From positions 41,230,001 to 41,294,000 of the forward strand of contig OX638150.1 of the NCBI GenBank assembly GCA_951804945.1: a stretch of DNA of 64,000 nucleotides, given 5' to 3'. This document shows positions 50,352 through 62,518 of this stretch, in pieces (within the stretch, counting starts at the first letter, position 1; the number at the start of each line of letters is the position of its first letter). A program made the translations under genes and the position numbers. The notes below the pieces were generated by a model that was given only the letters and a program-made list of their open reading frames with translations, was not told the origin of the DNA and did no database searches. The stretch is from Podarcis cretensis (taxonomy: Eukaryota).

Positions 50352-51034
50352 TCATTTAGGATTACCCTTGACAAAAGTGATAAATACTTGTCCTTAATAT
50401 ATCTGAGTAAACCTGAGAACACCTTAGGCGTGTCCTAAGCCCCAAAGTTGTCATCCCTGCTATTCCGAGTATGGAAGGAAATAATACAAGAAAACTTATA
50501 GCTGAAAATGTTTGGCAGGGCCAACCAAAGTAGTATAACAAGTTAGCATGAATACATGAGTTTCTGTTTTCTCATGGAAAACACAAGATACATTTTAAGG
50601 ATATAAATTGTTTGTACCAATTCAAAACCACAATTTATCAATTAAATCTGAACTACACAAGGCTCCAATTTTCTCTCCCAAGTCACCAGGATTTTGATTT
50701 TCACACTAATCCAGTGTGATCAAGAGGGCTGTGGTGCAACAGCTGCAAGTACTCTTGGATGAAAACAGTTATCTTCACCCATTCATTTAGGTTCTGGCTT
50801 ACAAAGAAGACAGGTGCTGCTCTTACTGTCCTTTTGGTGCCAGTTCCTCTTTCAACAAGCCTTCTAAGCGAAGGTGGTATTGTTGTTGTTTTTAATAATC
50901 CTAATCAGTATCTGTATTGGATGTAAAATTTCTTTTATATATGCAATTGTTGAAACTGTTTTCATATATGCAAGTGCTTTATATATGGTTTTACTGTATT
51001 GTGGCATCACCTCTGGATGCTTCATAGGAACCAA

Positions 51035-51081
51035 TTCATTCATTCATTCATTCATTCATTCATAAATAAATAAATAAATAA
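51035..51081. repeat. (ATTC)n(ATAA)n microsatellite, possibly the tail of a LINE remnant
   Basis: Directly visible. Confidence 0.9.
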
Positions 51082-51321
51082 TGAGAAATGAAGATACATC
51101 AAAATTGACAGATGCATCTACAGTATGTCTAACAAACACTGCAAATCCACACCTGGATTTCCTGGTTGATCATGAAGGTCTCATGGCTCATGGTTTCTCA
51201 CTTTGGTTTGGAAGAGAAAACTCCTATTCCTTTGTTTACCTGATACAGCTGGTTGGAGATTAAGGCATTATATTTGCTTAATTAGCACATTTCAGTCCTA
51301 AGAATTACAATGTAGCTTCTT

Positions 51322-51322
<1 letters not shown>

Positions 51323-51371
<49 letters not shown>
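51323..51371. repeat. (GT)n microsatellite
   Basis: Directly visible. Confidence 0.95.
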
Positions 51372-51373
<2 letters not shown>

Positions 51374-51429
51374 GTGGTCATGACTCTAATGTGAACTGCC
51401 AAACTATCTCTTATTGAAATAAAATAATA

Positions 51430-51568
51430 ATAGAATATTGTTAATAGAATAATAATAGTCATTTTGTCCAACCCACTGCAATGCAGGAATCTTTTGCTTC
51501 AGTGTGGGGCTCAAACCCACAACCCTGAGATTAAGAGTCTCAGGCTCTACCAACTGAGCTATCCCAGA
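51430..51568 (-). mobile_element. tRNA-Lys(CTT)-derived SINE / tRNA pseudogene with CR1-like 3' part
   Basis: Minus strand GGATAGCTCAGTTGGTAGAGCCTGAGACTCTTAATCTCAGGGTTGTGGGTTTGAGCCCCAC matches tRNA-Lys-CTT (anticodon at 51533-51535). The acceptor stem is broken and the T-loop CpG has decayed. Followed by AAAAGATTCCTGCATTGCAGTGGGTTGGAC and an ATTCT-containing tail. Confidence 0.8.
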
Positions 51569-52247
51569 GGTTTATCTGTGTGCCACGTCTATGGCAACTG
51601 AGAAGAAAGAGGAGTTATTTGCTTTTATCTTGTGATAAAACTTTAAAGTAAATTACATAATACATGTTGGTTTCTTTTACCAATATTACAAAGTCTGCTG
51701 GGTCTTAAACAGGTGCCCTTCAACCCCAAAGCAACCAACAAGTCGCTTGAAGTAAGAAGTAGCGTCTTTAGCAAAGGAAATGCTACCCAATTTTAAAAAG
51801 TTTAAAAACCATTCCAGGCATAGGAGGGAGGGGGGAGAAAATATGTTAGGACCTGGGCCAATAAAAATGTTGATTTTTTCCCTTCGGCATAGAGCTGGGG
51901 AGAGGATTTATAGATCCCAGAGCAAATGTGAGTCAGGTTCTCCCCCAACACATGCACACACACCAACCAAACCTAGCCTCCTAAATTCAGCCCTAGCACA
52001 ATAGGCCATATGCAATGGTTAGGATTTGTTATCAGTGCTACAGACCAGCAAACAACAATTCGGATACAATTAGTCAAGGTTAAAAGTCCCATTGATAACA
52101 CTGTAGTAAAAAGCTGTAGCCAAAGTTTGTTGTTCTATTCTGCCCACAAGAAAGTAACAGAAGTAACAGCAAGAGGAGAACTTCACCTTCTCTCACGCAA
52201 GCTCTGGTGTCATCCATTCTTGCCCTGCCTGCTTGGTTTTTGTCCAT

Positions 52248-52376
52248 AGTTGGGGAACTTGTGGGGGCCCAGGTTCTGCCGGACAACAGCACCTATCATC
52301 CCTGACCATCAGCAATGCTGGTTGCAGGGAGTTATAATCCAGCAACATCAGGAAGGCCACAGGTTTCCTTCCCCAG
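52248..52376. mobile_element. Old hAT-like MITE remnant
   Basis: GGGGAACTTGTGG ... CCACAGGTTTCCTTCCCC inverted termini with an internal CATCCCTGACCA motif; similar to 27478-27590. Confidence 0.5.
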
Positions 52377-53347
52377 CCATGGTGATTGAATTCCTGCCTA
52401 TAGATGCACGCTCCATCTTAGAAAATATCTAAACCGCATACACAAAGCACTCATAAAACAGTATAAAGTATCCAGCCTGGCAGAAAAGCTGTCTGCATCT
52501 TGCCTCCTCTCCTATTTCTAATCCTGGGTTAGGGTTTGGAATGCAGCAAGTTTTCTGCTTCCTTATCGCTCAAGTAATCACTGGGAAGCTGCTCTACTGT
52601 GCCAACTCGCAGGGGTTTTGTTGTGTCTGGGGTTCTGCCACCATTGTCCTGTACCACACATTGCAACACATCCTAGCTGCTTTAGATCCAAAGCAGACAC
52701 TCTTGTAGCTGCTTATTTCCTGCCTTCACCGTGCACCTGTATGCAGAAACCAGGCCCTGCAAACCATGCTGGCACCATTGGAATGGCAGCTCATACAGGC
52801 TCTAATTTCATTAGGAGTGGAGATGGATGGATTAGAAACCATTGTCTTCACCCTGTCCCTGAATGCCCAGCTTCTGAAAATCCTGCCGCTGGGTTGGCCT
52901 GGCCTCCAGCCAGCACTCATTGGCAATTATGCTTGTTAGCCTGCTGTGCTTTATGATGCCCCGTGGAAGAATTGGACTTGCTAAGAAATACTCTTACCAT
53001 TACAGTAACTCCCAAAAAAAGAGAATGAATGCCATTGGCACATTTAATAAAAAAGAAAAACAACTAAAGAGTAAAGGCTGGAAGAGGCCCAGGAGGAGCA
53101 GAGTTACATCCTATCGCTCCCATGTACCATTCCCTTGGAAGGCCGGACGTGATGCAATTATGGCTTTCCTCCTTAGCTGCTGAATTCTGATGGCTCTGGT
53201 AAACATGCTGCTGCTGGACAACTGCTTCTGTAGCTGTTCCATTTTGTTCAAGGGAACACAGGGAACCCACAGGAGTTGGGGGGGGGGAACAATTCCAGAA
53301 GAGTGGAGCAGCTTGCTTTGGGGTGGTGAGTCTACATCTCACAAGTG

Positions 53348-53510
53348 TAATAATAATAATAACAACAATAATAATAATATACTCTGCCGACTGGATTGTC
53401 CCAGCCACTCTGGGCAGCTTCCAACAGCTATTAAAAACATAACAAAACATCCAACATTAAAAACTTCCCTATACAGGGCTACCTTCAGATGTCTTCTATA
53501 AATTGTATAG
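53348..53510 (-). mobile_element. LINE 3' end remnant with (AAT)n microsatellite
   Basis: CCCAGCCACTCTGGGCAGCTTCCAACA..AACTTCCCTATACAGGGCTACCTTCAGATGTCTTCTA next to an AAT/AAC run; resembles a common lizard LINE 3' end. Family not certain. Confidence 0.5.
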
Positions 53511-56089
53511 CTTTGTGTTTTGAAATGAGAAAGTCTCACAAGAGCCTCCTTCCCCATACTTCATGATTCCTGTAACAGATTAGACTGGCTTCTCTCCCAT
53601 TGGCGAAAGCCTTATTTTCTTTTGGGTCCACTTTGTTGGTGGTGCTGGCCAATTCTTTTTTCTTTAAAGATCTACTTTCTCTTTTGCAATATTTTAGCAA
53701 ACAGGAAAATGCAATTAAAAGACAGCATCACTTTTTAAAAAAACAAACAAAACACATTTGCTGCCTTCCCTTGCCACGAAACAGGTAACTGGAGAATGTA
53801 TGTACACACTGGAAATCAGATGCTTACTCTGAATGAAATGGATTAGCTGAAAGGGATAGTGATTAGGTTTACAGAAAGTCAGGCAAATCCTTTCCTTGTC
53901 CTTCTGGTGACTTTAGGAACTAAGCAATGCCCCAAAGCAACCTTAGGGGAGAGGGGAATAGGGTCTTATTTAGACAATGTGCCAGAAGGCAGTGATCAGG
54001 CTTCCTTCACTTTTAAAGGGAGCAAGGGCAGCAAAAACACATGGCAGCTCCCCCTGTTGGCTGGGTAAGAATCAAGCTGCACTACACTTCCCACTCAGCC
54101 AGCAAAAATCCCCTATTCCTCTAAGCCCCAGCATATTTCCAGAATGATGAGAGAAGAGCTCATGCACAACCACTGCAGTTCCATGTCCAGATTTGGGGAT
54201 TGGTGAGGATGTTCCAGCTCTCTTAACTTTTCTGCAAGGGCTAGATATCCCACCTGTCAGTAAAGATTGCCTCCTATACTGCCCCTTCCCCAATATAGTC
54301 ACCCCACCCATTTTCTGGATGTTCAAATGCAGACATACTGATTTACAAATGTAACAATTAGAAATTAGTCTCAGGGTGGCATCCGACAAGATATTTTCTT
54401 CCTAAGCCAAGGGGCTTTTTGCACATTTAAATGTGGAGGGTGGATATGGAGGGGTTAAGAAAATAGAGTTTTTTGAAGTGGGTATTTGAAGCAGCAAATT
54501 AGAGATTGGCGTTGCTTGACACTTTCCCCTCCCACAGTTTTCCACTCAATTATATTGCTAAAAATGCTTGCTTGCTTACATAGCTGGGCACATGGGCTGT
54601 TCCTGCACTCCTATAGTTCTGCTACTACCTTGCTACCCAGGGATAAACCATAGCTTGGCTTAGGGTTGTGTCCAATATGAGCCAAGATTGTTGGGGGTGG
54701 GTTTCTTTTGTTTTCTTTTAACTCCTTGTGGTTTGTCTAGGGGAGATAAACGACGTGCCAAGGCTTGGACGTGATACTAAGCCAAACCATGTCTTAGACC
54801 TTGATAGCACAACAACAGGAGGACCTGGGAGAGGTACACAGACTTTGTGATGTTCACTCCTGCAAGTGACAAATTGGCTTGCACTAAACCATGGTTTGGC
54901 TTAGCATTTCATGCAAATTAGGCTTATAGATAATACAGATGCCAAGCCTGATGCAAGGTTAATGCATTAAATCTCTATTTTAGTTGGGGAAGCGAAGAGC
55001 AGCATGTCCAGCTAGAAATAAATGCCTAAGGGCTTGCAAAATGTTTTTTTAGCACTCAATTGGAATCCACTTGGGAACAATTTGTCCGTTTAAGCTATTT
55101 GTCTGTACAATCACAGTCTTATCTGGTTAAGATCTTTGCTGCAGCTTTCTCTGGCTGCAGGCAAAACTGAACCTCTCTGCACACAACTTCTACCTGCTTC
55201 CCAAATATTCTCAAGGCTTTTATATTCTAGATTTGTTGCTGGTTGTTCTTGTTAATCTCACATGCTGATGCTATCAAACTTTCTTTTTTAGAATTTCCAA
55301 ATCTTTGTATTTCATAATGAGAGGAAGACCTTTTTTTGATTGTGATTCTCATCACCTTATTTCCGAATTATTTGTTTCTACCTATTCTTTTACGCACATT
55401 TTTATAGACGTATTAAAAAATAATTCTCCCCTTTGTGCCTTGGAGTTATGCACTTCAACCAACCTCTGCAGCCTTTCTCTGGTTCCCCTCACCATTGGAG
55501 GTCGTGGGGACCAAATCTGGAACAGCCAAGAGAGATACATGAAATGCTATATATTCCCTGCCCACTTTTATTATCTGAGCAGCAAATGTGATCTTACTCC
55601 AGCAGGCTTTTCTCAGATGCAATCTTTTAATGCTCAGCAATACTGTGAAAGAGACTAGTTGACTTGGCAGCTATATTAGCTGAACATGCCCAAGCATCAC
55701 CACTTGACCAGAAGGAATTGGTGACAAAATTTGCAAAGGCCACAGCACACAAAGTGAGATATTGATGTGCCTGAAATTGAAACTTTTAAGAGACTTAAAT
55801 TTTAACATCACAATTCACAAGATTATTCAAAACGACCTGTGTGCTAAAACATTGTCTTCTGTATACGAGAAAAATAATCAATGATTGTTTTATTACTTAT
55901 TCTTGCAATTTAAAATAAATTTCACAGTTTCAAGGTTTTCGCTTTTCTTTTTTCTGCAAGACATCCGTTTTTTGAAAATTCAAGTTAGCAATTTGGGGGG
56001 TGGGGGGTGTGCAAGTAGTTAGTCTTGCCTAAGGCGCAAAATAGCCCGGCACCAGCACTTACAGTAGTCAGTGATGGTCAATAACTAGA

Positions 56090-56347
56090 GTGTCTTTTAA
56101 AAATGATGGGGCAAATTCATGAAGGATAAGGCTATCAATGGCTTCTAGGCATGATGGCCATGCTCCAACTCCATTCTCAGAGGCAGTGTGCCTCTGTATA
56201 CCAGTTGTTGGAAATCACAGGAGGAATGAGTGTTTTTGTGCTGAACTCCTGCTAGCAGGTTTCCCACAGGCATCTGGTTGGCCACTGTGAAAACAGGAAG
56301 CTGGATTAGATGGACCATTGACCTGATCCAACAGGCTCTTTTTATGT
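56090..56347 (+). mobile_element. CR1 LINE 3' end fragment
   Basis: TTCATGAAGGATAAGGCTATCAATGGCT..CATCTGGTTGGCCACTGTGAAAACAGGAAGCTGGATTAGATGGACC..CTGATCCAACAGGCTCTTTTTATGT resembles a lepidosaur CR1 3'UTR. Confidence 0.75.
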
Positions 56348-56602
56348 AAGATTAAAATCAGTTCTCTTTTCACGTTATTTAGCTTTGGATAAGACCTTGG
56401 AAAAGGAACCACATTATCCATGGGATGTTGCAAATCCAGTCTGGATAGAAGTGACTCACAGGGTGAGCCAATGGCTGGGCAATGACTACAGTTTGGGAGC
56501 TATGAGCTTTTTCATTTTTGATCTCACTCTTAAGGTCACACCTTAGCCCCGAGCTTGAAATGTTACAGCTGCTGCCGTGGTTTCAATATGAAGATGTTAA
56601 GC

Positions 56603-56740
56603 AACATAAAAGAGGTCCTTCCTGGATTAGACCAGAAATCTACCAACTCCAGCATCCTGTTTCCAAGAATGGTCAACCAGATGCTTCCAGGAAGCCTACG
56701 GTCAAGGCATGTAGGTGACAGTGACAGCTGTCCCTTTCTC
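56603..56740 (-). mobile_element. CR1 LINE 3' end fragment, inverted relative to 56090-56347
   Basis: Reverse complement GCATCTGGTTGACCATTCTTGGAAACAGGATGCTGGAG..TAATCCAGG..CTCTTTTATGTT aligns with the neighbouring copy. Confidence 0.7.
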
Positions 56741-57049
56741 TTGCTCTCAAGGCAACCTAAAGCAACTTACATAAAAGCAAACAACACCCATATAGACACA
56801 TTAGAACCAAAACATTAAAAACATTCCATCCACTTATAAAAGGCCACAGATAGTTAAAGGCCAAAGGCCTTGTTATACAGGAAAGTTTTTGTCCTGCACC
56901 TGATGGTGACTGGCCATCATTCCACAAATGGTGGAGCCACTGCAGAAATGGCCCATTACCCTGTTGCTACCCTTCAGACCTCTCATTGAGGAGGCGCATG
57001 AAGAAGCCATATTGCCTTGAGTATCCATATAGCCAACATGGATAATAGG

Positions 57050-57412
57050 TAAAGGTAAAGGTACCCCTGCCCGTACGGGCCAGTCGTATCCGACTCTAGG
57101 GTTGTGCGCCCATCTCACTTAAGAGGCCGGGGGCCAGCACTGTCCAGGGACACGTCCGGGTTACGTGGCCAGCGTGACGAAGCTGCTCTGGCGAACCAGC
57201 ACCAGCGCAGCACACGGAAACGCCGTTTACCTTCCCACTATAAAGTGGACCTATTTATCTACTTGCACTTGGGGGTGCTTTTGAACTGCTAGGTGGGCAG
57301 GAGCTGGGACCGATAGACGGGAGCTCACCCCGCTGCGGGGATTCGAACCGCCGACCATACGGTCGGCAAGTCCTAGGCACTGAGGTTTTACCCACAGCGC
57401 CACCCGCATCCC
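57050..57412 (-). mobile_element. Full-length Sauria SINE with target-site duplication
   Basis: Minus strand starts GGGATGCGGGTGGCGCTGTGGGTAAAACC, has the B-box GGTTCGAATCCC and ends in an (ACCTTT)n tail. Flanked by the perfect direct repeat AACATGGATAATAGG at 57035-57049 and 57413-57427. Confidence 0.93.
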
Positions 57413-57934
57413 AACATGGATAATAGGCATTTATTAATAGGCCAATCATCCATTAATTTAGCAACCTTGCTGCAAAGGTTTTCATCAGCTGCAGCTTCTG
57501 GACCAGCCATTAAGGAAAGCATCACACAGAACAATTCAATATTATTTGTTTATTTATTACCTGCCCTTCACTCAAAGGTCCCAGGGCAGATCACAACAGT
57601 GAAATATATTATTTTTTAAAAAAACAGTTTAAAACAACTTCCAATCACAAAAATATGGGGATTACCAATGCCTGGACTACCCTAGTCAAGCTATCCTGAT
57701 CAAGGAATGGTTGAAGTTGTCACACCTGCTGAAGATGTCAGAAAGCACACCTAGCTTGGGCCTCCAGTGACAAATATATCATTCCAGTGACAAAGATGTA
57801 TAGGAATACCCACAAGTGATGTATCTGCTCCTTCAGATGGAGTGCAACCTTGTTCAGAACAGCCAACTGACACAGACCTGAAAACCACTCATCCACAGAG
57901 CCTCCATCTTGTTGGGATTCAAGCTCAAACTATA

Positions 57935-58174
57935 CAGTTGTAGCTTGGTTGTTGAACACTCTGGAACTCTGACATTTTGGCTCCCAAACAATCAAAACCC
58001 AGAAGTGACTGATCCAGTTTTCGAACTTTTTTTTTGGAAGCTGAACATCCGATGGGGCTTCCGTGGCTTCCGATTGGCTGCAGGAGCTGCAGAGGTCACG
58101 ATTTGGAAGTCAATAGCTTTGGAAGTCAAACAGACTTCAGGAATGGATTCCATTCGACTTCCAAGGTACAACTG
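57935..58174. mobile_element. Tc1/mariner MITE, 240 bp, related to the 45933 copy
   Basis: TA flanks. TIRs CAGTTGTAGCTTGG and CAGTTGTACCTTGG. Shares AACCCAGAAGT, TCCAGTTT, GAACATCCGATG and ACAGACT..GGAA.GGATT with 45933-46174. Confidence 0.88.
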
Positions 58175-59479
58175 TATTCTATATGTGGAGATAACCTGCC
58201 GGCACACTTTGATATCTACTAATAACCAATTCATATAGGTGAGCAAACTAAACATGTAAGATTGGGTCTGTGGTCCACAATTACTGCAGTTTAATGAGCA
58301 TGGAATACTAAGATGTAATCTGCATGTAGCTCAAAAATCAGGTCCCTGTAAATGCAGAAATGTCACTTCATTCCAAGTACAGTGGTTAAGTATTGCCAAT
58401 GAATGGGTGTTACAACAGCTTCCAGGAGAGGGAACTGGCAACTTCACCTGACGTGTAACATTGTGCCATTATAGATGAATCTGCAGCCTTGGGGGGGGGG
58501 GTAGGGACTCAAAATATGGCCACTAACACACCAGAACTGACTTTTTCACACAGTCAGCTTGGCAAAACCCTAACTTTCCCTCTTCCTGGTCTCCTGACTC
58601 GTGCTAGGGAAACAGAACACAGTGTGAGCTCTTTGGGAGCACTTACTGGGTCCTCCTCCTGATGCCAATGAATTACAAACCTCAGCTCAGCCTCTTGATG
58701 TGCCAGACATGCTAACAGAGGCTTGACAGATTGCAGCTCTTGGGAAGCACTGGTTTTTCCTCAGATGTAGAGCTGGCTCCAGGGAACAGTTGGCAGGTCA
58801 AGCTGCTTGTTTCTGCCCAACAGAGCAAAACCAAGTGTTTGTGCTGCCGTAGTACAACTTGGCCAAAATACGCTTGATCTCCAGTTTCCAAGGTGGAGCT
58901 TGGGAGCAGGGGGTGGGAGATGATTTGTTTGCCCAGGATAAGGATCATTCAGTGGCTGATTCTCCTGCTGTGAAAGTGTGTGCATGGGGCGGGGGTCTCA
59001 GGAGCCAGGCAGGATATTGAACAATGAGAACCATTATGTGGGTTTCATGCTTTTCCACAGACATCTAGTGTGGCTGATTATCAGAGAAAAAGGACCAGCC
59101 GTTGAGTTTGCTGTGGTAACTCCTCTAAGCTTAACTTTTGTGTTTTTCCACATGCCTACTCCCTACCCCATGCAAGAGGCGCTGGATGCCACTGAGCACG
59201 TCAACCTTGATAGAGTTTTCTAACAGGATGCTAAAGGTTCATTGGGACACTAAGAACCCCCAAGAGATCATATGAGAAAGGAAGGAGTAACTGGGTGGGA
59301 TCTGGACTCTCACTAAGCGGGGCAGGCCTGAATGAATTCTGAAATGTTTGCATTTGTCAATATTCTTCATCCAAATTTGAAAAATTCAGAATGTTAAAAT
59401 GCACACTTCGTTTGTTTATTTCTTTAACTGAGTTCATGAAGCTTTGAAAAATATCTGTGACTGTTTTAAAACCAGTCTG

Positions 59480-59602
59480 GGGAAGGGTTGAGGCTTAGTG
59501 GTGGAGCATCTGGTTCAGTAGGGCTGGGAGGAATTATCTGTCTGAAACCCTGCATAGCCATAGCCAGTCAGTGCAGCCAATAGTGAGCTAGAGACGGGCC
59601 AG
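59480..59602 (+). mobile_element. Truncated Squam3-like SINE next to the second Sauria SINE
   Basis: GGAAGGG..GCTTAGTGGTGGAGCATCTG head and TCTGAAACCCTG..GCCAGTCAGTG core; no tail visible. Confidence 0.55.
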
Positions 59603-59633
59603 TGCAAGTGTGCATATGTATTTGTGTTTGTGT

Positions 59634-59991
59634 AAAAGGTAAAGGTAAAGGGACCCCTGACCATTAGGTCCAGTCGCAGATGACTCTGGGGTTGCGGCGC
59701 TCATCTCGCTTTATTGGCCGAGGGAGCTGGCGTACAGCTTCCGGGTCATGTGGGCAGCATGACTAAGCCGCTTCTGGCAAACCAGAGCAGTGCACGGAAA
59801 CGCGGTTTACCTTCCCGCTGGAGTGGTACCTATTTATCTACTTGCACTTTGACGTGCTTTCGAACTGCTAGGTTGGCAGGATCAGGGACCAAGCAACGGG
59901 AACTCACCCCGTTGTGGGGATTAGAACCGCCAACCCTCTGATCGGCAAGCGCTAGGCTCTGTGCTTTAACCCACAGTGCCACCCACGTCCC
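59634..59991 (-). mobile_element. Full-length Sauria SINE, second subfamily
   Basis: Same architecture: GGGACGTGGGTGGCACTGTGGGTTAAAGC head, shared core (CACGGAAACGC..TTTACCTTCCC..CCTATTTATCTACTTGCACTT on plus) and (ACCTTT)n tail. TSD is degenerate (TTGTGTTTGTGTA / TTGTGTTGTATA). Confidence 0.92.
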
Positions 59992-60373
59992 TTGTGTTGT
60001 ATACTTGATGTTATAAGATTAGTTAGTATGGGGAAGGAGTGGGGAACCTTTTTCAGCCCAAAGGCCACAGCCTTTCCAATAGTGGGGAGAGCTGAAGGCA
60101 AGTAAGTTGGCCAAATAATGGATGTGGCTCTTACTGTTGTCCAGTAAACTACATCCCAGCAAATCCTTGTAGATTCATAATCTTAAAAAAAAAAAAAAAG
60201 CTAGAAAGAGAATCCAATAAAAGCAACATGTGAGGGGAAGGTGCTACAAACAAGACAATACATCTATACCCCTTTTTAGTTTTGGTATTACTATGCAAGG
60301 CAACAAAGACAACTGGAGATAATAAATGGCTGAAAGAACTGGCTGTGTTCTACCTAGAGAGAAGAGAATTGCT

Positions 60374-60416
<43 letters not shown>

Positions 60417-60424
60417 GATAGATA
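60374..60424. repeat. (GATA)n microsatellite
   Basis: Directly visible. Confidence 0.95.
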
Positions 60425-60640
60425 TTTTTTAAAAAATATATTTATATTTTAGAATATATTTCTATGCATCTATAATATTTGGGAAATGTGTAAAAATAGA
60501 AATATCAGAATAAAGAATGGGGAAAACTCTTCTTCCTATTAGTTAGAAAAAGAAGCAGAGGTTTTAAAATTCACAGAAAGTAAAAAGTGAGTGAAACAGT
60601 GAAGAATAAACCGCCGGCGGAAGATTCTGAATTTCCTTCA

Positions 60641-60681
60641 AAAAAGGAAAGAAAAGGAAAGGAAAGGAAAGGAAAGGAAAA
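60641..60681. repeat. (GGAAA)n microsatellite
   Basis: Directly visible. Confidence 0.9.
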
Positions 60682-62497
60682 TGGGTGCCAAAGTTGATGA
60701 GGAACATGGCAGGAGTGTTTGTGGGTCAAATTTGCCAGCAATTTGTGAGGTTCAAAAGCATAATGTTGAGGGAGGAGTTAATTCTTTATTCCATGCTCAG
60801 TGAAAATTGCTCCCCAAGCTACTATTTTCACAGCAGGAAAAAACATACAGGTATGATTTTGGTAGAGAAGTGTTTTTGAAGAGGGTTGTGGTTTTTTCCC
60901 CAGGAGACAAATTTATTAACCCAGGTAGTATAAAGCTGAACACATTTCAGGCAATGAAGCTGAAATCAGAATAAGAATAGCTTACGTGTTATACATGTGA
61001 TGCTAGAATGACAGGGTTTTTAAAAGATTTTTAATTGCATGTCTGAGTTTTCCGTCACTTAAAATGCATTGCCTTAAAATCTGTACATTGTCAGGATTGC
61101 AAAAATAGCCCCCTTTTGATATATTGAAGGAAGGGAGGTTTGATTCAAAATTTATTTTGTTTAATAAAATGTATATAACCATTTGATTGTAAGAACAAAC
61201 CTCAAAGCAGTTAACAAAATTAAATGATCTAAATAAACAATTTACCATTTTGTGAATGAAATGTATCCCTCATATATAAAAGGAAAGGCTATTTTTAATT
61301 CTTTCTTTTTCATTCCGTATTACAGCAACACACAGGATGATCATCAGATGGACATGGTGTAGCTCCCTTTTATTAGCTTTATTCACAGGAATGCAGTGGC
61401 CCATCAATCCTCAGCAACACATTCCACATTGAAGATGGTATATTTCTCACACCTGTGACATTCTGCACCAACTTTCAATATCACTGTTGTATTGTAATGG
61501 GCTCTGCCACTTTTTTTCTGATTGACGTGCTGATCTACATGTATGTTGCTACTTGTTTTGGCTATTGATAATATTTGTCGTGTTGTTAAGTTTAAATCAA
61601 CGAAAGCAATGTTTTTATTAAAACAGCACCACCGCAACTCTTTAAGCCAAATCTGTATTGCTATCCTTACATTTGTGAGAGTTCCTTACCTAAGGTCACT
61701 GCTTCACATCTGTGAAGATAATTCACAAATTCTAGAAGCCAATACAGCATGAGGAGCAGAAGAACTGCACGTCTGGCATATGGAATTTAATTGGTAAGCT
61801 AAGAAAAGGCGCCCAGTCTCATAGTTCTACTTATGAAAGTAAATTGGGAGTGCAGTGAATAATGAGAGAATTGTGGGGCTGCGATATATGCTTCACCATA
61901 TCCCTCAGTCCAGCGCTAGCATATCCAAACAAGAAAAGATCAGTCAGCTAACGACCTGCAAGACGTAGGCCAAGGCCACACCCTGGAATAGCACCACGGA
62001 AAGTCAACATGAATGGATGCAAAGGGAAAGTCTCTGTGTTGCCAGAGTCAATTCTGAAACACAGGGTGTTAAAATCAGCAGTCCTCCCTTTCCTTCCTTT
62101 TGTTTGCTATCTTCAAAAAGGAATCAGCCTTGGATGCAGCTTGTCAGGCCAAGGCTTTGCTTTCAAAACATTAAACAGGTGTGAAGAGCTTGTTTGCTCA
62201 GATATGCTAGCGCCCCTTGAGGATTGTTGACAGAGCACTCTTTTGTGAACAGGGGCTGGCTGACCCTTCAGCAAACACAGCCAGTTTATGCCCAGGGGCT
62301 TTATCTAGGAGAGATCTAAGGGAGAAGGAGACCCAATGGCTTCTTTGACTGACACCCTGGCCAGAGTTATCACCAACTTGCCTAGGATATGAAAAGCATT
62401 ACAGGGAGGTGTCAGGGCAAGTCTTGGGTCAGGGCAAACACCTCACAGCTGTTTGGATGTTTCACTAAAGCCACATCAGCCAGCGACAGGCAACATG

Positions 62498-62518
62498 TTC
62501 AGCACCGAGGTCACCACC
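62498..62518 (+). promoter_or_regulatory. Candidate RE1/NRSE (REST) site
   Basis: TTCAGCACCGAGGTCACCACC versus consensus TTCAGCACCACGGACAGCGCC: 16/21, with a perfect left half. Confidence 0.4.

Noticed and set aside
51496-51568. Functional tRNA-Lys gene
   Set aside because: The acceptor stem does not pair, the T-loop is mutated (GGTTTGA), and a SINE-like tail follows.
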